DNA of 64,000 nucleotides from Magallana gigas (Eukaryota): NCBI RefSeq assembly GCF_963853765.1, contig NC_088855.1, positions 3,038,001 to 3,102,000 of the forward strand, read 5' to 3'. Shown piece by piece: positions 62,661 to 64,000 of this stretch (position 1 is its first letter; each line of letters starts with the position of its first letter). The notes under the pieces were generated by a model. It saw only the letters and a program-made list of their open reading frames with translations, ran no database searches and was not told where the DNA came from. The position numbers and the translations under genes were made by a program.

Positions 62661-64000
62661 ACAAAATCCCTTTGATTAGGTAATAAAACCAAATATTGGT
62701 GATTTTAATGATTCATTTATCAGATATCTTAGTATTAAAATTAGAACTGTTTACAAACTGTTCTAAAAAAAAAACCTCAACTAGTGTGATAGAAGCAGTA
62801 GACGAAGGAGGTTCTTTAAAGGGCATGCAAAATTTTGGATTCAAAGAAGAAAAAATGGAAAGCAAATTTAAATTCTATCAATTTGGAAGTAAATTATTAC
62901 TGAGACTTTTGTTTCATTTTCAATTCCAATTTCTCAAAATAAATTGTCATTTCGACATCGTTCTTGCAAAAAGATTTTGTCTTATTAAATAGAACTTTCA
63001 GGGTAAATGTCACTCTTTATCATCTTGAAAAATGGATATCTTTTTTGCCGTGGCCATCGATTGGAAAATCGATAAGAAATCGATAAGGAAAACAAACAGC
63101 ATAGGTAGCTGATAACGAAAAAATGTCGACGCAGCTTGTCCTTATGTAAGTTTGAAAACTCTAATATATTACTGATGGTTATGAAATGATTAGCATGGAT
63201 CATTGTATTATGATATTTTTTTTAACTGAGTAATACAAATATTCTTGTTAAAATAAACCCTAAACATCTTTTCATGACTGTTTTCTTTCGTATTACAATT
63301 TCATATAAATGAGATATACATTTACTTCTTAGTCACTGTTGTGACAAGTACATATTTAATATATGAAAATGATGGTTTTCTATTTAGAACACCACTGTTT
63401 TCCTTTGTACGACTGAATTTGGAGTGAGCAAACGATAACTACCGGTATTTCACGAAAAAATTAATTAAAAAGTTCAACATAGTAACGAACTTTATTCTAT
63501 GGTATGCGCTAACAACAATGCAAAGGTTTGTAAAAATAAGTTGCAACTGTTCAAAAGCCTGGTTTAAATACAGGGATATGATTTCGTTATCTGTAAAAGC
63601 AAACAAAGACTTAAGCAAAATATAGATTATAGTGAAAAGAAACATATTTAAGCAGGAATTTTAAATGGTGTATTTAAATTGGTAAAATTTTCATAATGGT
63701 ATGTATAAACATTACACTGTGTTATTTTATTCCCCAATTTATCTGTCTGTGAATATGTTTTATCCAAGATGACCAATAAATTCAATGTTACTAGTTGTGA
63801 TTTCATATAGGAATATTGGAATAGTTTGTTCATATACATGTAATAGTATATTATTCTTAAGTTCAACCCGTTTGAAAATGTCTTTAATCACCTGGATACT
63901 AGGTACAGGTCTTACTACTAAGAAGAACGTTTTTCTTATCAAACGTCTGCAATGTAACGTATTTTTACTATGTATATTTAAAAAAATAATAACGTGCTTT

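Noticed and set aside
63439-63942. Short minus-strand ORFs at the window end
   Set aside because: AT-rich, with no recognisable motifs and no consistent splice structure.

Overview
AT-rich animal genomic DNA, most likely from a bivalve such as an oyster (inferred from base composition, repeat types and gene content; not provable here). Genes in order: (1) the last five coding exons of selenocysteine lyase (+, 1161-3168); (2) a complete 23-coding-exon class IA PI3K p110 beta/delta-like catalytic subunit (-, 19878-6921); (3) a tandem triplication of a ~6.4-kb unit carrying a 9-exon PhyH-family 2-oxoglutarate/Fe(II) dioxygenase. Copies 1 and 2 look intact. Copy 3 is a pseudogene, split inside exon 2 by a 14,001-bp TIR element with TGT...ACA ends and a CCGG target-site duplication (Ginger1-like), and it also carries a nonsense codon; (4) two intronless perforin-2/MPEG1 paralogues head-to-head, 457 bp apart. 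One is the canonical membrane-anchored form with a YQRL tail. The other has no transmembrane segment and ends in HGEL, an HXEL-type ER-retrieval-like motif. An assembly gap lies at 60805-61214. The most notable observations are the MPEG1 pair, the giant Ginger1-like insertion filled with nested elements, and repeated intronic minisatellites built from copies of the adjacent splice junction. Exon coordinates come from manual translation and GT-AG inspection.
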